Shown piece after piece: positions 1 to 16,198 of a stretch of DNA of 64,000 bases; the first letter of the stretch is position 1, and each line of letters opens with the position of its first letter. The DNA lies in the NCBI RefSeq assembly GCF_009914755.1, contig NC_060938.1. One strand, given 5' to 3'. A model generated the notes under the pieces. The model was not told the DNA's origin. It worked only from the letters and a program-made list of their open reading frames with translations, and did no database searches. The position numbers and the translations under genes were made by a program. This stretch comes from the human T2T-CHM13v2.0 reference genome, Homo sapiens.

Positions 1-488
1 CATTATTGAGTTCTGAGCCTGTGCTAATGCCAGAGTGAACCCAAACCACTATTTCTTACCACTGGAACATCAAAATACAGGATTGCTACTACGCTTCTCC
101 ATAACATTGCCAGCTGGCTTCAGTTGATCTCTACTCAAGAACAGTGCCATCTGTAGAAAAGGACAGTGGCTTTTTAGGGTTAAATGGAATCTACATGTAC
201 CTCTATGTTCTGTTTTTCCATTTTACAATTCGGATTGATCATGCCTGGGGACTTTTTTCTAAGTTTACATAGCAATCCTTCTTAAATCACTGTAGGGCAG
301 CAAGAAAACCTTGCTGGTATTGATAATTATACATTGCCCAGAAGTTATAAAAATCAGCACTGAATGTTGTTGCTGCTGCTGCTGCTGCACATCCATCCCC
401 AGTAATGTTACACTCCAGCTGTAAGTTTTGATTTTAACATATTTTCAAAGTCATTTCTTCACATTTAACTTAAAATATAAAACTTGGT

Positions 489-888
489 TGTTATAGACTG
501 AATGTTTATGTCTCCCACCCGCAAATTCATATGGGGAAGCCTTAACCTCTAGTATGGCTGTATTTGGAGACAAGGCTTCTGAGAAAGTAATCAAGGTTAC
601 GTGAGGTCATAATGATGAGGCTCTGATCCAATAGGACTTGTGTCTTTATAACAAGAGACTCGAGAGCTCTCTCACTCTCTCACACACAGGCACTGCAGGG
701 ATGCCATGTGAGCACACAGTGAGAAGGTGGCCAGTGGCAACCCAAGGAGAGAAACGTCCCCAGACAACATCCCTACTGCACCTTGATTTTGGACTTCTAA
801 CCTCCAGAACTGTGAGAAAATAAATTTCCGTTGTTGAAACTACTCAGTCTATGGTATTTTGTGATAGTAAGCCAAGCAGACTAATACA
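489..888 (+). mobile_element. MLT1-family (ERVL-MaLR) solo LTR
   Basis: Begins TGTTATAGACTGAATGTTT and ends CAGACTAATACA; contains the typical CCTCCAGAACTGTGAGAAAATAAATT. Confidence 0.8.
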
Positions 889-975
889 AGGGTTAAAGAA
901 ATATTGGCAAGGGGTACCAGACTAACCTGTGCATTGAACTAAGTGGTATAGAGATGTTTAATAAAAATGAGTCTA

Positions 976-1359
<384 letters not shown>

Positions 1360-1988
1360 TCAGTTTGACATCATTTTTATCAACATCCAATGGGCCCCAC
1401 TCCATGACAATAGTAAAGGTATTAGAACTCTAGAGCCATTTGCTTAGAAACTTTAATTACACCAGTGACAAAATAAGCAGAGTCATGGAGTGAAAAGACA
1501 ACACTTCTCTGGCCATGATCACTCAATCTGGAACCACAAGAGGGTTTATACCCACCGATATAACATAGACATGGTATTTAAAAGGGAAACCCGCTTGATT
1601 ATATAATTTTAGCCTGTATTAACATGGTTCAATCTTAGTTATTTTTTTCTTTTTCAAAATTCAGTTTACATTCTTCTTTTGCATTTTTGGAATTGGCTGC
1701 ATAGTAATCTTCTGTTAGTTTTCAGCCCTAACAACAACAACAAAAAAAACACATTCTCTACCTGCTACCAAACAAGTCTCAGATTTTTCCAGTTCTATAT
1801 GAAAATATTCAATTTTGTATTTTCTTTTTCTCCTTCCCTTCCTTTTTTTTTGATTAACTAATATTTTTAGTATACATAATTTAGTACACATTTGGTGGTA
1901 AGCTTGTCAATATTTTTTGTAACTTCTAATATAAAAGTATTAATATCTTTTTAAAAATAACTTAAGATACAAAAGTGAAAAAGTAGCA

Positions 1989-2330
<342 letters not shown>

Positions 2331-3619
2331 TTATACTAACCAGTACAGCAGTATTGACATGTTAACAGAGAGTATATCAGAATGCAGTATTATCAGCAAG
2401 ACAATATTACTAAATTCAGTAACACTTCTTAAACAATACTCATATGAAAGTTAAATGCTTTCACTAAAATGAGATATTTTACAATGCAGGTGACAGATAT
2501 GCTGTGGCCACACTAGACGTATTGGTTCATGCCCAGATTGAGAGTCCTGTCCACTGACTCTGAACACTGCTTATTGCTTGTTTTGTTTTGGCTTCACTAT
2601 TAGTTTTATCCTGAACCACAGTATGAAAAACTAAAATCAATCTATGAATCACATGCAAATTGATGCCACATATTATCCTTCCCTATTAAAAATGAACACA
2701 ATCAAGTATTGGATTTTACTGACAATCTTCTTCGAAATGCTTTTATTCTAGGTTAAATAGTAGAAACACTGCCAGCATGAGCTTCCAAGGACTAGATTCC
2801 AGTCTCAGCTCTACCACTAACTAGCTAAGTGAACTTAGGCAATCACTTAATTTCTTAGGTCTGAATTTTTCTCATCTCTAAAGAAAATAAAATGAAATTG
2901 GTGATATACAAGACGCATCCTTGTTCTAGATTATTTCTCTATTTGAAATGAAATCCTAACTCCTGTGTCCTTGTCACCTCCTGGAATCCTTCCCTGTTTC
3001 CTCCCCTTGGACAAACTGAATTCATCTCCTTTATGCCGCCTGTGTACTGAGAATAACCCTCTCGTAGCACTTATCTGACTCATGATCTCTCACTAGACTG
3101 GAGCCTCCTGGAAAGCAGGCACCTGGTCTTTTATGTCCACAACCCCATGTTATGTGTTATGGGCTGGATGGATGCATGGCTATATGGTGAGCCAGCCAAT
3201 ACTTTCTGTGCCACACTTCAACAAAGTGTCTCATGAGAAGACGTATAGAAACAGCAAATAAAATTCCTCTCTTATCCTATTTAAATAGTCAATCTGGAGA
3301 AAAATATGTTCTTGCTATCTTGAAAGTGAAGAAAATATTCAGAAATAATTTAAAATCTCAGGCATGCTTATTGTAGCCAGCAGTATTCATGTAACATATA
3401 TTTTAAGTTTCAAGGAAATGAAATTCGCTTGACTGCCTTATGGACAAATATAACACTTATTTTTAAATGGTTCATTCTCTTTTACTCATAAAACATACTG
3501 TCTGTAGGTTTCAGTATCTTTTATGGAAAAAAAGGTTACAATGAAATTACCAATATATCTGCTGATTTGAGGACCTTTGAGGATACAGATTTCCTACCAA
3601 CCTTTATATATGGAGCACT

Positions 3620-4092
3620 GGTTACCCTCAAGTCCATACCAAGGTCAGACAATCCACTAGGCAGATTCACAGAATTCTGCATATCATCATATTCATGGTT
3701 ATGACTATTGCAGCATAAGATACAAAGAAAATTTAGCAAAGGGAAAAGGGGCATGGGCAAAGTCTGGGGGAAGCCAGGCACAAACAAGAGTATGACAACA
3801 CACGAGAAATGCTGTCAACCAGGGAAGTTCATGAAGGACTTGGTGCTTCTGGTTTTGTACTGGAGATGGTCACAAAGGCATCTTTTCCTGACATATGCCA
3901 AAATTCCACACTTCGGGAAGGAAAGTTGATATTCAGCATCAACCCACCTTGTTAGAACAGACAATTAAGGCACAGAGAGCTACTCATCAGTTAGTGGTGA
4001 GAGTCCCCCGAAATCAAGTTCACAAGAGCCAGCTTTATAAGCAAGTCTTTCAAAGGACAATAGTCATACCTGCCAGGTTAACTCTTTTTTAC
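3620..4092. mobile_element. Degenerate LTR, MER21-like
   Basis: Resembles the recalled MER21 consensus (CAAAGGGAAAAGG..CATGGGCAAAGTCTGG..GAAGCCAGGCACAA). Boundaries approximate. Confidence 0.5.
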
Positions 4093-4499
4093 ACAAATGG
4101 TAAAAATCATTGTGCAACAAATAGGTAAAATGGGAGGAACTGTAATATTAACTTTAAAAGTCTAATAAGAAGTTTTTAAAATGTAGGTGTCACCTGTGTT
4201 ACCTTTTTATGTGTGTGTCAAAGAAGGTGTGTTGCTTACTTTCTTTGATGTATACCTAAGAGCTGGTCATCAATTTAATGAATACCATTTTGTCATTCCA
4301 GGAAATAGCATCTTGAATTGGTTAAATAAATACATACATAAAGTAAGCAAATGAGTCAACTTTCCTCTGCTTCTCTCTCATCCCTTTTCTGAATATGTTT
4401 AAACTTATTGGAAACTACGGAATTGTGTTCTTATTATTGAAAAAAAAACCCCAGCAGGTCCTTCTGCTCAATTCAGTTTAGCTTCTGACTCTCACACAT

Positions 4500-4910
4500 G
4501 GGATCTTAATCTCCAGTAGTCTGGCAGAGCCTGTGGACCTCTCCTTAAAAGAATTGCTCTAAATGCACAAAATAAAATATGTAGGATTGCAAAGGAAACA
4601 TATATTGAAATCCTATCAAAATATTTTCAAATAATTTACAGTAATCTATGTACTTCTGTCTAGCAGCAAGTCTAATAACTATCATAATTGTTAAATAGTA
4701 ATGAGCATAAATGGCATTTCAAGATATCTTTGGCACATATGATATATGAAAATATCCATTAATATAATTGCTTTTGGTACTTCTAATAACACTGTAGTTG
4801 TCTAGCAACCTTTCCAATTAAAGGAAAAGCTAAATGTCAGTTAGAAAATAGATAAAATAAAATTTGTTTTCATCAAAATGTCCAGGCCCCAGGTAAAAAT
4901 CTCAGGTTTC
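4500..4910. mobile_element. Old non-autonomous hAT-Charlie DNA transposon fragment (MER119/MER20B-like)
   Basis: AAATGCACAAAATAAAATATGTAGGATTGCAAAGGAAAC resembles the recalled consensus. Boundaries approximate. Confidence 0.45.
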
Positions 4911-5495
4911 TAGCACCATGAGACCAGGAGTTCATTAACTGATTCCATTTAGATCATGAGCTGTTGAACCAATAGCAAGCAAACTTATTTTGTTTGACCA
5001 CAGAATTTTAAAAACAAATCAAATCAATTACCAAACAAATGTGTTTTCCCATAAAAATGTGCTTCTGGCCTCTTGGAGAAAAAAAAATATGAGGACTAAG
5101 CAACACTAGCCCAGCATCCCCACAAGGCAATGTCCTACCAGAGTGAGTAACAGCTGTCTCGTTCACAGATGAAATGAACTCTCCATTTCCACAGTAACTA
5201 TAAATCCTGCCTTACTCTTTCATGCTATCTGCCTGCTTTGTGTAGCTACTTCTTATTAATATTTATGGCATTTTCCATCTCATAACCCTCTGAATAGGCA
5301 GCAAGTAGAATAGATTTGCTTTCTAATAAAGGTGGGGCGATTCTATTCATATGCCCACTGTTGTCCCCATTTAACTTCTTCCAGTCCTCTTTTTTCAACA
5401 ATTAACACACTTAAGGCCCCTGGGCAGTCACCTGATTGTAAGTAAAGTAATTGAAATACAATCTTCCTCATTTCTTTATGTATTATCTACAGCTT

Positions 5496-6196
<701 letters not shown>

Positions 6197-7471
6197 CTGC
6201 TTTCATACTACAGTGGAAAAGTTGAGTAGTTGAGATTGGCCCACAAATCCAAAATTGTTTACTATCTGGTCCTTGACAGAAAAATTTTCCATTCCATGCC
6301 GTAGTTGTTTCATGGAATTCTAGTTATTCGTCAATTCGTAGAATTTGATGGAATTCTAGTTATAGCTCTAGAATTTTTACATAGAGGGGCTTAAGGATGG
6401 GTAGGAAGAGCTATATTCGCACAGTAAGCATCTTATTTTTCCTTAATGGAGATGAAGGCAAGCAGCTAAAGAAGGCTCACTTTCCTCCTTATTGCAGCCA
6501 TGGAAAGCCACACACTATTCAAACCTCTCCACTGAGCCACTGGATACACATGTGTGGCCAGAACTGTACCATGCCATGGCTGACAACTTGGATTCAAAAC
6601 CTGCTCCCTTACTTAGTAGGAACACACCCTTAACCAATGGCTATGATAGCTATGAGATATCAATAGCATACTAAAGACATAGTTTTGGTTATAGAATTCA
6701 CAATGAATGTTCATTGCAATAATTTTTACAATAATAGCAATAAGAACAAAATGTTTTCATTAATAGATCAATTGGAATAAAGTGAATAAGTGAATGAGAA
6801 ACTATAAATTGTTGACAGTGTTTCTGTGGAATATTATGGAAAAGAAAATGTCAGTGGCTTTGACAAGCTAAAACAACATGGTAGTCTAAAAAATACAGGT
6901 TTTAGAATCATAGAGATGAATTCAAATGCAGGCCCTGACTCCTAGGTTATTAGGGAACTAGCTGTTCCAGTCTTAGAAACTTAACGTCTTCATGGGTGAA
7001 ATGGAGACTATACTGCTCTGTTTGTGGGTCGTTGACATTTAATAAGATATTATATGTAAACTATGTTGAAGTGCCTGGCTATATACAACATGTTCTCAGA
7101 TGGTAGCTAGTATTACTACCCATTAGATAATATTTTCTCACCACTTATCTTTTTCATGAGTATATTGTTTCTCTGAAAATAAAGTGAAACTGAATGACAC
7201 CCTTTTCCTACTATTTGCCAAGTTACTGAGACAATGCATCAAGAGCAGAGAGGCTAGAATTATAAAAATTGACACCAGTTATAACAGGAAACAGGTTGTG
7301 AGGGAAGAAAGCCGCTTGGTGTTACTCAGCAAATTGGCACCCATGGAGACAGGCATAGCGTTTCTGGGTCCTGTTGAAAAACCAACAACAGTTTTCTGTC
7401 TCTAGCTTGTCTTCTTATCAGAAGACTGAGTCCACACCAGTGTGCACTCAGCTGTCACAACCAATGAATGC

Positions 7472-7507
7472 ATGTGTGTATGTGTATTTGTGTGTGTGTG
7501 TGTGTGT
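7472..7507. repeat. Imperfect (TG)n microsatellite
   Basis: Directly visible. Confidence 0.85.
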
Positions 7508-7794
7508 AAGAGAAAAAGTGGTGACAGATGTTCTACTGGTGATCTGTTTCCATTGTCCCTCCTTGGCCCCTTGCATTGCAAATGTGTCACTTGGTTGTTT
7601 GATATTAATCCCTCTGGGCCTGAGTATTCTCATGTGATTTGAAGGAAAAATAACTGCCCATTTTCTTTCACAGGAATATTATAAACATCAAGTCCTGAGG
7701 AATGTACGGATTTTGGATAGGAGTTTTCAGTAATCTTGCAGTATGGGGGAAGATTTTAAAATGCACATTTTAGATTGAAGGGAACTTAAAACTA

Positions 7795-8034
7795 CAGTCT
7801 TCCCTCGGTATACGAGGGGGACTGGTTCCAGGATCCCCTCACACACCCAGATCCTTACATACCGAAGTCCTGCTGTCTGCCCTGTGGAACCCACATACAG
7901 GAAAAGTGGGCTCTTGGTATACACAAGTTTCAAATAACACAAATACTGTATTTTTCATCTGCATTTGGGCAAAAAAAAATTGGCGTGTAAGTGGACCCTC
8001 GTGGTTCAAACCTGTGTTATTCAAGGGCCAACCA
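7795..8034 (+). mobile_element. MER8 (TcMar-Tigger non-autonomous element)
   Basis: CAGTCTTCCCTCGGTATACGAGGGGGACTGGTTCCAGGA ... GTTCAAACCTGTGTTATTCAAGGG, about 240 bp, preceded by TA. Confidence 0.8.
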
Positions 8035-9307
8035 CACTACAAGAGTCAACTACCAAACAGGTTGCCTTGTTGAAGGGAAATTTGTCATTGCAGAAGGCAG
8101 AGCACAGACCAAAGGAGACATTCCTGCTTAATACTGAAAGGGACTCTGAGCTCCCTAACACATAAGTGAGAAACTTCCACATTTAGTTAATATTTAGCTT
8201 CCCTTTCCCACATTCATCATTGCCTTCACTTTCCACTATTTGTGTTTGACATAATATTCACATCTAACTATAGGTCTATTGAGCATACGTACTCTGTGCT
8301 TAAGTCTGTGTGTTCTCTACAGCTATTCATTCTTTCTCACAGATTCTGGATGCTCCATCTATTTGATAACAAAAGTATGAACTGAAAATGATGTTCAAGT
8401 ATAGATCAAATAAATGTGATACAGCCAGTACAAACACTACTCCTGCTAGTCTCATCCTTTCTTGGAACCCTAAGTAGGAATTACATTGATTTAATTATGT
8501 TCATTTCTATGTTGCTACAGTATAGACATTAATTTATCTCTTTGCTCAATTTCTTCCCTCCCTGTTAACTACAGAGAAGGTTTCATTTAAGCAGGTTATA
8601 GAAAGGAATGACTGTTATTTCAAAATACTTCACCACAGACAGGCGATCATTTTAGATAAAATCACTTAAGTGCAGTTATCCAAACATGTATTTCATTCTT
8701 GGCAATAAAAAAGCCTTACCCAATGCCCAATGACCTAGAAACCAGAACTAGGAGATTTCTTCATGCAAATTAAATTTGTGTCACACTCATCGGCTACAAA
8801 ATGGCAGTGAAGGTTAAATGTGCGGCAGCAGTGTAAAATAAAGGATTCTTATCCATATTTGTAGGATGTGTCAATGCGGCTAATTAATTTTTGAGATAGC
8901 GTTCTTTGAAAGAGTAAACTTTGTGAATTGATTACGAAATGAGAAGTGCCTAAAGAGAGCTGAGAATGTAAAACAGGCACCCAGGTTGATTAACTTTACC
9001 AGCTTTAAAAAAATCCATATAAAAAGGTAAAAGACACTGGAGTTGATTTTATGGCAGTATTATAAACTCCAAGAACTAACTACATCATAATAGAGTTCAC
9101 AGCTTGTTTCTCTTCAAGTCTGTTTTTCATTTTGTATCTTAAATGGTAAAGATTCAAATCTTTACTCATAGAAATAGGGTTTTTTTCCTTAAAAAGTAAA
9201 CAAAATATAAATAAAGAGAAGGAAAATTATGCCACTTTACATTGATGGGAATTTAGTGCTGCAAAACAAAATATCTTCTCTACTCTTCAGCTAATAGAGC
9301 TGAATTA

Positions 9308-9577
<270 letters not shown>

Positions 9578-10658
9578 TCAAGTATCTAACACTGTTCTTA
9601 TTTAATCACTCTTGTTATTCAGTTTCATATACAGTATTGACCTTCTAGCATAATTTAGAGCTGAGGGTATAACCACATCTATAAACACATAACAATACAC
9701 AATGCTTTCATATAATATGTAAAGTAACATCACCCTGAATTCAGTTATTGATGAAAATCTGGAGTGGCATGAATAAATGGATCCAACAGAGAAGCCAAAC
9801 ACCTCATTTTAACAAATAATTTCATTATCTTCTGCCACCTTAACTTTTCCTATTTTGACCAGAAGGAGCAAAGGTGACTTCTTAGTTTCATCCTTGCCTC
9901 TGGTCCTTCTGGTAAAGATAACAAAATGCAATACAGAAGGATCTGCTGTAACAGCCTTTATAAATCTAGGGCTGATCCAACATATATTAAATACACATTA
10001 TTCAGTAACTATGTATTGTGCCCCAAGCCAATTAAAACTTGCCACAACTTAGTTCCCCAAGAATGCCCTTCCCTCTCTACCTAGCCAACCTTATACAGGT
10101 TCTCGGAGTCCAGCCCAAGAGCTCCCCATCCACAATTACAAAGCTGAAGGACCCAGGTTGAGTAAAACATGGAGACTCAAATGTATTATCCCATGAACAG
10201 TTCTATAAAAAGTGCTATACTATCATCAAATGTAGACATCTTTTAAAAATTCTAGAAATCACACAAAAATCACCTATTCACTTCAGAGCACTACCCACTG
10301 GTGGCCTGAACTCAACCATTTATCATTTGAAATCAAGTACTTAGTTGCCCAAATAAAAAGAACGAGAAAGAGTCTAAGGTTAAAGGTCCCAAAAGGCCAT
10401 TCTGCCGAGGCAGTTCCATAAAAGCCCCTGGTTTCTGAAGTGTAGTCAACTGCATTCTTTGTTCAACTTCCACGTGAAAGGAAAAGTTTTAAAGTGAAAA
10501 AGACAGGGGGAATATATCCAGGAGGGAAACATCTTCCTAGAGGCACTCTGTTAATGATTTATTCTTTCTGCACTCAAACCACAGAGGTGAGCAACTATCT
10601 GCTGTCATCATGCAGATTAAAATCAGAACTAACAGGAAAAAAAAAAGAAGAAGACCTT

Positions 10659-11726
10659 TATCGGGGAATCTGCCCCGATATTCACATAGGTTCTTTTCTA
10701 TTTTCCCCAAGCATCAGCTGGCTTGAGAAATAAAGGGACAGAGTACAAAAGAAATTTTAAAGCTGGGCGTCCAGGGGAGACATCACATGTTGGTAGGTTC
10801 CATGATGCCCACAAGCCGCAAAAACCAGCAAGTTTTTATTAGGGATTTTCAAAAGGGGAGGGAGTGTGCGAATAGGTGTGGGTCACAGACATCAAGTACT
10901 TTACAAGGTAATAGAATATCACAAGGCAAGTGGAGGCAGGGCGAGATCACAGGACCACAGGACTGAGGTGAAATTAAAATTGCTAATGAAGTTTCAGACA
11001 CCATTGTCATTGATAACATCTTATCAGGAGACAGCGTTTTGAGATCAACCGGTCTGACCAAAATTTACTAGGCGGGAATTTCCTCTTCCTAATAAGCCTG
11101 GGAGCGCTATGGGAGACTGGAGTCTATTTCACCTCTGCAGTCTCGACCGTAAGAGACGGCCACGCCCGGCGGGGGGTGGGGGGCAGTTTAGAGACCTACC
11201 GCCAGGTGCGCATTCTCTTTCTCAGGGATGTTCCATGCTGAGAAAAAGAATTCAGTGATATTTCTCCCATTTGCTTTTGAAAGAAGAGAACTATGGCTCT
11301 GTTCCGCCGGGCTCACCGGAGGTCAGAGTTTAAGGTTATCTTTCTTATTCCCTGAACAATTGCTGTTATCCTGTTCTTTTTTCAAGGTGCCCACATTTCA
11401 TATTGCTCAAACACATATGCTGTACAATTTGTGCAGTTAATGCAATTATTTCAGGGTCCTAAGGCAATATACATCCTCCTCAGCTGACAGGATTAAGAGA
11501 TTAAAGACAGGCATAGGAAATCACAAGGGTATTGAATGGGGAAGTGATAAGTGTCCATGAAATCTTTACAACTTATGCTTAGAGATTGCAGTAAAGACAG
11601 GAATAAGAAATTATAAAAGTATTAATTTGGGGAACTAATAAATGTCCATGAAATCTTCACAATCCACGTTCTTCTGCCATGGCTTCAGCCGGTCCCTCCG
11701 TTTGGGGTCCCTGACTTCCCGCAACA
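10659..11726 (-). mobile_element. MER11 (probably MER11C; HERV-K11/HML-8) solo LTR
   Basis: Minus strand begins TGTTGCGGGAAGTCAGGGACCCCAAACGGAGGGACCGGCTGAAGCCATGG; 1068 bp; perfect 6-bp TSD GACCTT (10653-10658 and 11727-11732). Confidence 0.92.
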
Positions 11727-12198
11727 GACCTTGTATCACCCTTCAGGCCAGGCAGACAACCAGAGAGAAAAGAAAATGTGTAACCACAGAAATGAGAGAG
11801 AGACAAAGACAGTGACAAGACAGAAATAGAGAGGTTGAGTGAGTGAGATTACACATTCTTTGCTCACTTAGGTAGTTGGGAAGCTCTGAGAGAAACATAG
11901 GGCTTGATTTCAAGCTTAAGAGGCACTTCAGGGTACAAAGAGAAAACATGCACATGACTGAAGAGGTGATTAAAACCACCACATGATCATGTGATCAGCA
12001 TGAAACAACAATCATGAATAGTTAATTAATCTTAAGCAATTCATTTGTTTCTGGACCCTCCAAAAATTCCTTTTAGTTCATGACACTGATGAGCAAATTA
12101 ACAACCTAATAACCATTTATTTGGCCAAGGAAGGGAGATCAGAGACTTGGTAGCCAAAGAAAGCCTCTAGGGTTATACAGCATCATAATAACCAAAGG

Positions 12199-12560
<362 letters not shown>

Positions 12561-13626
12561 CTAGTAATCCCAATTATAGGCATTTATTCTAATTGCCTAA
12601 GTGCCAAATTTATTTATAAAAATGCTCACTGAAGTGAAATTTATAATTGCCAAAAATTAGAAATAAATGTCAATAAATAATGAAATATTATGCAGCCACA
12701 AGGTATCATAAATTTTACAAAGTGACATGGAGGTTATATAAGGTTATATAAAATAGTAAAAGCAGGATATCAAACTATACATACAGCATAATCTCATTTT
12801 ATGTACCCCATCTCCCCACCCCCAAACATACACACATACATGCACACAAAGCACAGAAGTAAATGCATCAAAATGGTAGGTCCTCTCTGCGTTATGGAAC
12901 AATGTATGGTTTTTATTTTGTCTTATAATTTGTGTAATACTTTGTAAACAGAAGAGATCAACAACTGTTATATTACCACAGTTCTTGATGGTACCAAAAA
13001 AAGCCAAGCTTTTAAAGGGCTGCTTTGATCTACCTCTTATTTCTTTTCCTTTTTATCCTCTTTCCATACTGGATTTTTCCTTCAAGAGATAGAAAAAAGG
13101 TTACATTTCTCTATGATTCATTTCTGTATCATTTTCTCAAATTGTCAATTATAATCCTTTACCCATTTATGAGTGCTCATTACTTTTCAGCTATTTTGTT
13201 TTCATATATGGTACACTTAAGAATAATCAATGCTTTTGACTCAGTATTTTCACTTCTGAGAATCAAAAGATTAGAACTACTGCATGTAATATTCACTATA
13301 GTGTTACTAATGATAACCCTAGATTTTTTTAAAACCCTATATGTCCAATAGCTATGGCAATTGTAAAAATATGTGTAAAATATTAATGTCTAAAGAATTA
13401 AAACAGCTTTTGAGGTAACATGCAAAAAATTCCTAACTTATAATGTTAATTAAGAAATAATATGAATATGGTTACAACTATAACAAAATATATAAAAATG
13501 AAACTGAGGTGCCAAGACTAAAAGAATTGTCAATTAAGAAATCTACTTTATCTTCTTTTCTTAAGAAAATTCTCTTGATAGAACCAAAGTATAATGTATT
13601 TTATAATTATATGTTATTATATATAA

Positions 13627-13989
13627 TTTATTAGTCTATTCTCACACTGCTAATAAAGAATGAAGACATACCCAAGACTGGGTAATTTATAAAGAAAAGA
13701 GGTTTAATTGACTCACAGTTCTACATGGCTGGGGAGGCCTCACAATCATGGCCGAAGGCACATGAGGAGCAAAGTCACGTCTTACACGGTGGCAGGCAAG
13801 AGCGCTTGTACAGGGGAACTCCCATTTATAAAGCCATCAGATCTCATGAGATTTATACACTACCATGAGAACAGTATGGGGGAAACTGCTCCCATTATTC
13901 AATTATTTCCACCTGGCTCTGCCCTTGACATGTAGGGATTATTACAATTCAAGGTGAGATTTGGGTGGAGAGACAGCCAAACCATATCA
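13627..13989 (-). mobile_element. THE1-family MaLR solo LTR
   Basis: Reverse complement begins TGATATGGTTTGGCTGTCTC; about 360 bp. Confidence 0.88.
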
Positions 13990-15527
13990 TTATACTATGT
14001 TATATAAATTTATCAATTGATATAAATTGAGCTAAAAGTCTAAAGGAATACAAGACTAAAAGAAAATGCATTTAAATAATAATAGCAACTGGATTTAAGT
14101 GGTGTGTTTATGGGTCTTTTTCTTCCTACTGTATGTTTTCCAAATTTTTCTACATTAAAAAACAGCAAACCATTTTCACCGATGTCTTTCATTATACTTC
14201 TTAATAAAACTGAATTCATAAAATACATACATAGACTTGTAGATTGTGAATAAATATTCATTGATTATTAAGTGCATTGTCAACAGGTAAAAGGTACTCA
14301 AAATATAAAGGTAATTTCTTCTTACCAATATGGGCCATTTTTAATTACAGAAGCATTCAAATATCTGTTACATATTTTATTTAACTTAACTGATGAAATT
14401 AAAAATTCTTACACTATTTCTACCTAAAATTTTGAAATTTAAATTATTACATTAAATTACTATGTTTTTCGTATCATGGGGAAATAAAAAGTCTATGATA
14501 TAGTAAGAATAGCAATAAACTAGAGTATGAACTCATGATAAACTTTATTTCCTGCTCCTCTCCCAAAAAAGTTTAGAAAAGCATAGCAAAATTAACAAAA
14601 GTAGATAATTCTGCCCCCAACATCAGAATTCACTTTGTGTAATAAGCAATACTAATTGTTTCATTATATAGAATTTTCATTGGGATATGCAATATGTAAA
14701 CTGGATATTAAGCTAATCAACCATTTCAAAGTGTGTTTACTTTGTTGGCTTTCTATGTCACCTATGAGGCAATCAATTCACAACAAACTTTTACCGTGTT
14801 TCTGGGACTATGGTCATCTTTTAAAAAAATTAATTAATTTACCAGCCAAAGTAAAGTTGGTTAATGTCTTTCTTCAAGCATATTATGCACATTTACAGTA
14901 AGTCATCCCAGAAATCATAGGCTGTGAAAATGTGGTGTTAGGCATAGAATATCTAACGTGCATGCATCCAATATGCATGGAATAGCTAATGAAGAAACAC
15001 TTTTCTTTACTGTACAAAAGATTTTGCACACTTTCAGGGCTGGGAACTCCGGTTCATCTACTTGACTACAGAACATTTGATGCTGGTTTTTAGGTCAGCT
15101 CCCGCTGGGTACAAGTAGTCTCTGCTATAAACATTTTAGAGCTAGAGATAACTAACCTCCCCTCAAAGTACTAAAATTAGTAGAAAGCTTGTGCTAAACA
15201 TGAAAGTTGTTGTTTGGTCTATTTATATTTTCTCAGTTCTTTTCATCAAGTCTTATGAAGTATTTCGCTGTTAAACTACAGGAAAAAGGATTGTAAAACA
15301 GAAATAATTGTTAAAGACTCATATAGTAGGAAACTGGAACATTTAAGACAAAACAGAGACAGAGTTACAACATAATTAAAGGAGTAATACAGACTATGGT
15401 ATGCTTAGGGATTATGGTCCCCAAAGGGGCTGATTTTATAGCCAGATTTATTTTTTCAAATGTGAGACACATTATTTGGTGAGTTAATGACATGAATAAA
15501 ATAAATGCATAAAAATTTCCACAGTTA

Positions 15528-15849
<322 letters not shown>

Positions 15850-16198
15850 TCATCAGTGAGAACTGCTAACTAATATCCAACAGGTTCCAAACAAAATATC
15901 TTTTGAATTTTACTTAGGTAGTTTTGTGTGAGTTTAGGGGTGTGATAGTGGCTCTATTTGAAGATTTTTCTATATAATGAACTTAATCCATGGCTTCACT
16001 TCTTTTTTTAGTAAGTTTTATTGTATATACTTGAGATTTAACATGTAACATTATGGAACACATAAAGATAGTAAAATCACTATAGTGAATCACTATAGTG
16101 AAGCAAATTAACATGTCTATCATCTCACATATTTTTGATTGTGTGTGAGATGAAAGCAGCTAAAATCTACCTATTTAACAAAAATTTGTATTACAATA

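Noticed and set aside
367-389. (GTT)2(GCT)5 triplet repeat
   Set aside because: Too short and intronic to be notable.
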